A DNA stretch of 64,000 nt from an uncultured delta proteobacterium (lineage in GTDB: Bacteria > Desulfobacterota > Desulfobacteria > Desulfobacterales > Desulfatirhabdiaceae), in assembly GCA_963789395.1 (NCBI GenBank), contig CAWBKP010000022.1:64001-128000 (forward strand), read 5' to 3'. The notes beneath the pieces were generated by a model. That model saw only the letters and a program-made list of their open reading frames with translations. It searched no databases and was not told the origin of the DNA. Shown here piece after piece: positions 60,455 to 64,000 of this stretch; position 1 is the stretch's first letter; each line of letters opens with the position of its first letter. The position numbers were made by a program, and so were the translations under genes.

Positions 60455-61486
60455 ATGAATCCTCCCCGAACGGTTGCATTTTCAAAACACGCGACCAATG
60501 TTTTTTTTCATATTCTGACATCCTGCAATCTCCGATGCCGCCACTGCTATATCAACCCTTCCCAGCATGGCGCTGAATCCCTGGATATTGAAACGATTAC
60601 TGCCTGGCTGAATGCGTTTGCCGGAAAAGAAAACCGGCCCAATGTGATTTTTCTGGGCGGAGAGCCAACGCTTCATCCGGATCTTCCCCTTGCCGTAAAA
60701 CAGGCCAGACGATTGGGGTATCAATCGATTACCATCGATACGAATGGATACCTGTTTCATGATATTCTCCATCGTCTGAATCCCGATGAAGTGGATTTTT
60801 TCAGTTTCAGTCTGGATGGGGCCACGCCCGAGGTTAACGACAGCCTTCGGGGAGAAGGCGCCTATCATGCCTGCCTGAATGGCATTCGACAGGCAATTTC
60901 CAGGGGGTTTCATGCCAGCCTGATTTATACGGTCAGCAGCGCCAATCTCCATGAACTTGATAAAATGCCCGAACTTCTGGCAAGTCTGGGAATCCGCCGT
61001 TTTTTTATTCAGGTTGTGGGTATTCGGGGAAAACCCGCGCAGATCGCGGCATCTGAACCGGACAGAATCAATCAGGTTTCTCCGGAACAGTGGTTGCAAA
61101 AAGTGCCGGCAATAGCGCAAAAAGCGGCGATGATGGGAATATCGGTCACATATCCCAGGGTTTTTCTCAAGCCGGGTGAACTTTTTGAGTGCGCAGGCAG
61201 GGTGGCGGACAATTATTTTATTTTCCCCAATGGCCGTGTTTACCAATGTCCGCTTTGTGAGGATTATCCCCTTCACAGCAGAATTTTTATGAATAATTGT
61301 CTGATTGCAACGCCGGGTATCAATGAGGCGGATCTCTTTAAACTCGATATTCCCGAAGGCTGTGTCATGAATCGGATCATCCAGCCGGGCAATATCCGTT
61401 ACTTGCCGGATGGATCGCCGGAATACCGCATTGCCTGCTGTCTGCTGAAGGAAGAGATCCTCGGAGGATATGATGATGAATCCTAA
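60455..61486 (+). CDS. Radical SAM protein with Cys-rich C-terminus
   Basis: CNLRCRHC, GGEP, DTNG, SLDG; C-terminal C...CPLC...C...CC. Confidence 0.9.
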   Translation: MNPPRTVAFSKHATNVFFHILTSCNLRCRHCYINPSQHGAESLDIETITAWLNAFAGKENRPNVIFLGGEPTLHPDLPLAVKQARRLGYQSITIDTNGYLFHDILHRLNPDEVDFFSFSLDGATPEVNDSLRGEGAYHACLNGIRQAISRGFHASLIYTVSSANLHELDKMPELLASLGIRRFFIQVVGIRGKPAQIAASEPDRINQVSPEQWLQKVPAIAQKAAMMGISVTYPRVFLKPGELFECAGRVADNYFIFPNGRVYQCPLCEDYPLHSRIFMNNCLIATPGINEADLFKLDIPEGCVMNRIIQPGNIRYLPDGSPEYRIACCLLKEEILGGYDDES

Positions 61487-62633
61487 TCTGATATGGTCTG
61501 AAATTGATTTAAACGCCGTTTCCCGTAATGTGCGGGAGCTTCGCCGCATCACCAGTCCCGGTTCCCAATTGATGGCCGTGGTCAAGGCCAATGGCTATGG
61601 TCATGGCGCCATTGAAGTTGCGCAGGCGGCTCTCAAAAACGGGGCGGACTGCCTGGGAGTGGCCCGAATGGATGAAGGGATTCAGTTGCGAGACGCTGGA
61701 ATCACTTCTCCCATACTGATTATGGGGTATACCCCGCCGGAACACAGTGCGACAGTTGTCCATCAACACCTCACCCAGGCCGTTTATACGTTTGAGGCTG
61801 CTGAATCCTTGTCAGAAGCAGCAGCAAGGCTTCATACAAAGGCAAAAGTTCATATCAAGGTGGATACCGGTATGGGCCGGTTGGGGCTTCTTCCGGACAG
61901 CCCCCGGATTTCCTTGCTGGGAAAACATCTGCCGGGAAATGCCCAGCGGGTGATTGAGTCCATATCCAGACTCCCTCATGTCGAGATTGAAGGCGTTTTT
62001 ACCCATTTTGCGACAGCAGACAGCCAGGATAAGACATACTCCCTTCAGCAACTGGAGCGTTTCCTGGAATTTCTGGACAAGCTGAAACTGCATGGTCTGG
62101 ATTTTCCCATCCGACATGCGGCCAACAGCGCCGCACTTATCGATCTGCCAGAAGCCCATCTGGATATGGTCCGGCCAGGCATTTCGCTCTATGGGTTTTA
62201 TCCGTCCGCTGAGGTCAAGAAAGAACGCATTGCCCTGGTGCCGGCGATGATGCTTAAAACCCGGGTCATTCATGTTAAAATGGTGCCTGCCGGGTTTCAC
62301 GTCAGTTATGGGTTGACATATCAGACTGAAAATCCAACGGTCATCGCAACTGTTTCTGCCGGTTATGCGGATGGATTGAACCGTCTGCTGTCGTCGCAGG
62401 GGCAGATGCTGGTCCGGGGAAGCCGGGCACGCATCATCGGGCGGATCTGCATGGATTTGACCCTGTTGGATGTGGGACATATTCCGGATGTTGGTATCGG
62501 GGATGAAGTGGTGATCTTTGGCCGTCAGGGGCAGGAATGTATTCCGGTCGAGGAAATGGCAAAAGCCCTCAACACGATCCATTATGAAATCGTAACATCT
62601 GTAGCATCCAGGGTTGAGCGGTTATATCTATAA
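61470..62633 (+). CDS. alr: Alanine racemase
   Basis: AVVKANGYGHG, HIKVDTGMGRLG, THFATAD, ANSAA, VRPGISLYG, SYG, GRICMD. Confidence 0.96.
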   Translation: MMMNPNLIWSEIDLNAVSRNVRELRRITSPGSQLMAVVKANGYGHGAIEVAQAALKNGADCLGVARMDEGIQLRDAGITSPILIMGYTPPEHSATVVHQHLTQAVYTFEAAESLSEAAARLHTKAKVHIKVDTGMGRLGLLPDSPRISLLGKHLPGNAQRVIESISRLPHVEIEGVFTHFATADSQDKTYSLQQLERFLEFLDKLKLHGLDFPIRHAANSAALIDLPEAHLDMVRPGISLYGFYPSAEVKKERIALVPAMMLKTRVIHVKMVPAGFHVSYGLTYQTENPTVIATVSAGYADGLNRLLSSQGQMLVRGSRARIIGRICMDLTLLDVGHIPDVGIGDEVVIFGRQGQECIPVEEMAKALNTIHYEIVTSVASRVERLYL

Positions 62634-62703
62634 AAAGACGGCATTTGACGGGTCGAAGTGGCTGCAGCCGGTTAAGAGGATGATTGCGAACCTATCAAAA
62701 TGC

Positions 62704-62732
62704 TTTACAAAGACCAGGCCATGAACTATAGA
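62704..62732 (+). promoter_or_regulatory. Putative sigma70 promoter for rdgB-nitroreductase
   Basis: TTTACA-N17-TATAGA. Confidence 0.45.
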
Positions 62733-62794
62733 AACAGATGGATTAAGCATTCAGACATCTTAATTTCTGCATTAACCTTTATGAGGAGGATGCC

Positions 62795-63451
62795 GTGACA
62801 GCGGTTACCCTGGTGATTGCCACAAAAAATAACGGCAAGCTCATTGAAATCGATGCGTTGTTAAAAAACTATCCGGTGACATTGAAAACCCTTTCGGATT
62901 TCGGGCCCATCCCGCCTGTTGCGGAGGATGGCGCCACCTTTGATGACAATGCCTATAAAAAAGCTGCTTTTACTGCAAGGGTACTGGGCCTGCCTGCCCT
63001 GGCCGACGATTCCGGACTCGTTGTCCCGGCTCTGGATGGCAAACCCGGAATCCATTCGGCGCGGTATGGCGGTGACGGCCTGACTGATGCCCAGCGATGT
63101 GATTTGCTGCTTCAAAACCTGAAGGGGAAGGCTGACCGCAAGGCATCCTTTTCCTGTGTAATCTCCGTTGCCACCCCCACAGGTGCGGCCCTGACCTATG
63201 AGGCCCGATGTGAAGGGCTGATTGCTGATGCCGCTTCCGGTACGAACGGATTTGGATATGATCCGATATTTTATTATCCGCCCCTGAACAAGACCTTTGC
63301 GGAAATGTCGCCTCTGGAAAAGAGCCGGGTCAGCCATCGCGGCAAAGCCCTGAAACAACTACAGGACGAATTTGACAAGGTGCTGCTTTGGCTTGAGCAG
63401 CAGATGCCTGTGCTGGAAAAATTTTCCTGTCATGGAGGTGTGGCATGTTAG
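62795..63451 (+). CDS. rdgB: XTP/dITP diphosphatase (HAM1 family)
   Basis: ATKNNGK, ADDSGL, PGIHSARY, GFGYDP.F, SHRGKA. Confidence 0.95.
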   Translation: MTAVTLVIATKNNGKLIEIDALLKNYPVTLKTLSDFGPIPPVAEDGATFDDNAYKKAAFTARVLGLPALADDSGLVVPALDGKPGIHSARYGGDGLTDAQRCDLLLQNLKGKADRKASFSCVISVATPTGAALTYEARCEGLIADAASGTNGFGYDPIFYYPPLNKTFAEMSPLEKSRVSHRGKALKQLQDEFDKVLLWLEQQMPVLEKFSCHGGVAC

Positions 63452-64000
63452 AGGACTTGATTCGAAAAAACCGCTCCTGCCGAAGATTCATTCAAAGCCG
63501 TTCAATGGATAAGAATACACTGAACGAACTGGTGAATCTGGCCCGCCTGTCCGCATCCGGAGCCAATTTGCAGCCGTTAAAATACATTCTTTGCTGCAAT
63601 CCGGACAAGAATGCCGAGATATTCTCCTGTCTGGCATGGGCTGCGTATCTCAAGGACTGGCCGGGTCCTGTGGAAGGGGAGCGGCCATCCGGGTATATTG
63701 TCGTTTTGGGGGATACGGCCATTTCTCAGGATTTTGGATGCGATCACGGCATTGCCAGCCAGAGTATTCTGCTGGGTGCCAGAGAAAAAGGGCTTGCCGG
63801 ATGTATGCTGGGAGCTGTGAACCGGGAAAAGCTCCGGGATGTCTTGAACCTTTCCAGCCAGTTTAAAATTCTACTGGTTCTGGCTCTCGGGGCGCCGCGT
63901 GAAGAAATCGTTGTGGAGCCGCTCGGGGCAGACGGCAGTATCCGCTATTGGCGGGACGGCAGGGGGGTTCATCATGTTCCCAAGCGAAGCCTTACGGACA
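63445..64000 (+). CDS. Nitroreductase family protein (3'-partial)
   Basis: My translation: MLEDLIRKNRSCRRF...ARLSASGANLQPLKY...DHGIASQSILLGA..KGL.GC...HHVPKRSL; GGAGG RBS; overlaps the rdgB stop. Confidence 0.9.
   Translation, partial: MLEDLIRKNRSCRRFIQSRSMDKNTLNELVNLARLSASGANLQPLKYILCCNPDKNAEIFSCLAWAAYLKDWPGPVEGERPSGYIVVLGDTAISQDFGCDHGIASQSILLGAREKGLAGCMLGAVNREKLRDVLNLSSQFKILLVLALGAPREEIVVEPLGADGSIRYWRDGRGVHHVPKRSLTD

Noticed and set aside
60310..60576. 88-aa ORF as an rnfB remnant or radical SAM substrate peptide
   Set aside because: No Cys motifs, no clear RBS, and it overlaps the radical SAM start out of frame.
60482..62582. Long antisense ORFs (369 and 256 aa)
   Set aside because: They mirror the radical SAM and alr genes; typical codon-bias shadows.
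1..64000. rRNA, tRNA, IS, integrase, prophage or anti-phage genes
   Set aside because: None recognised by eye; the methyltransferases lack DNA-MTase motifs and sit among glycan genes. An Rfam or tRNAscan run would be needed to exclude small RNAs.

Overview
Bacterial genomic DNA, most likely Desulfobacterota (Desulfobacterales-like). This is inferred from a class III cytochrome c plus rnf operon and the general gene content. About 47.6 kb (1-47625) is one nearly co-oriented cell-surface locus with three parts. (i) The 3' part of a type II secretion system (gspF-H-I-J-K-L-M-D), followed by a TMTC-like GT-C/TPR glycosyltransferase and a GspC-like gene. (ii) A SurA/PrsA-like chaperone without a PPIase domain, a lipoprotein and a 443-aa Tyr-rich exported protein that looks like an S-layer/major surface protein (strong RBS, orphan upstream SD, own terminator). 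(iii) A large glycan cluster: Wzm/Wzt, Wzx, about a dozen GT2/GT4 domains, two polyprenyl-P-sugar synthase-like GT2s, two more GT-C-like membrane proteins, nine SAM-methyltransferase domains, an LpxL-like acyltransferase, a GNAT and a PIG-L deacetylase. The best candidate for an undescribed system is this T2SS + surface protein + periplasmic glycosylation or glycolipid-anchor locus. The remaining 16 kb holds an MFS, a CDF-type transporter, a lipoprotein, a stand-alone EF-G, a cNMP-domain MscS, a Usp, an atypical pentaheme-cytochrome rnfCDGEA operon (degenerate flavin motifs, no rnfB), a radical SAM gene, alr, rdgB and a nitroreductase. Many genes are split by 1-2 nt indels, probably long-read assembly errors, so the boundaries of merged genes are approximate. 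I saw no rRNA, tRNA, CRISPR or IS element. Family assignments come from motif recognition by eye, not from database searches.
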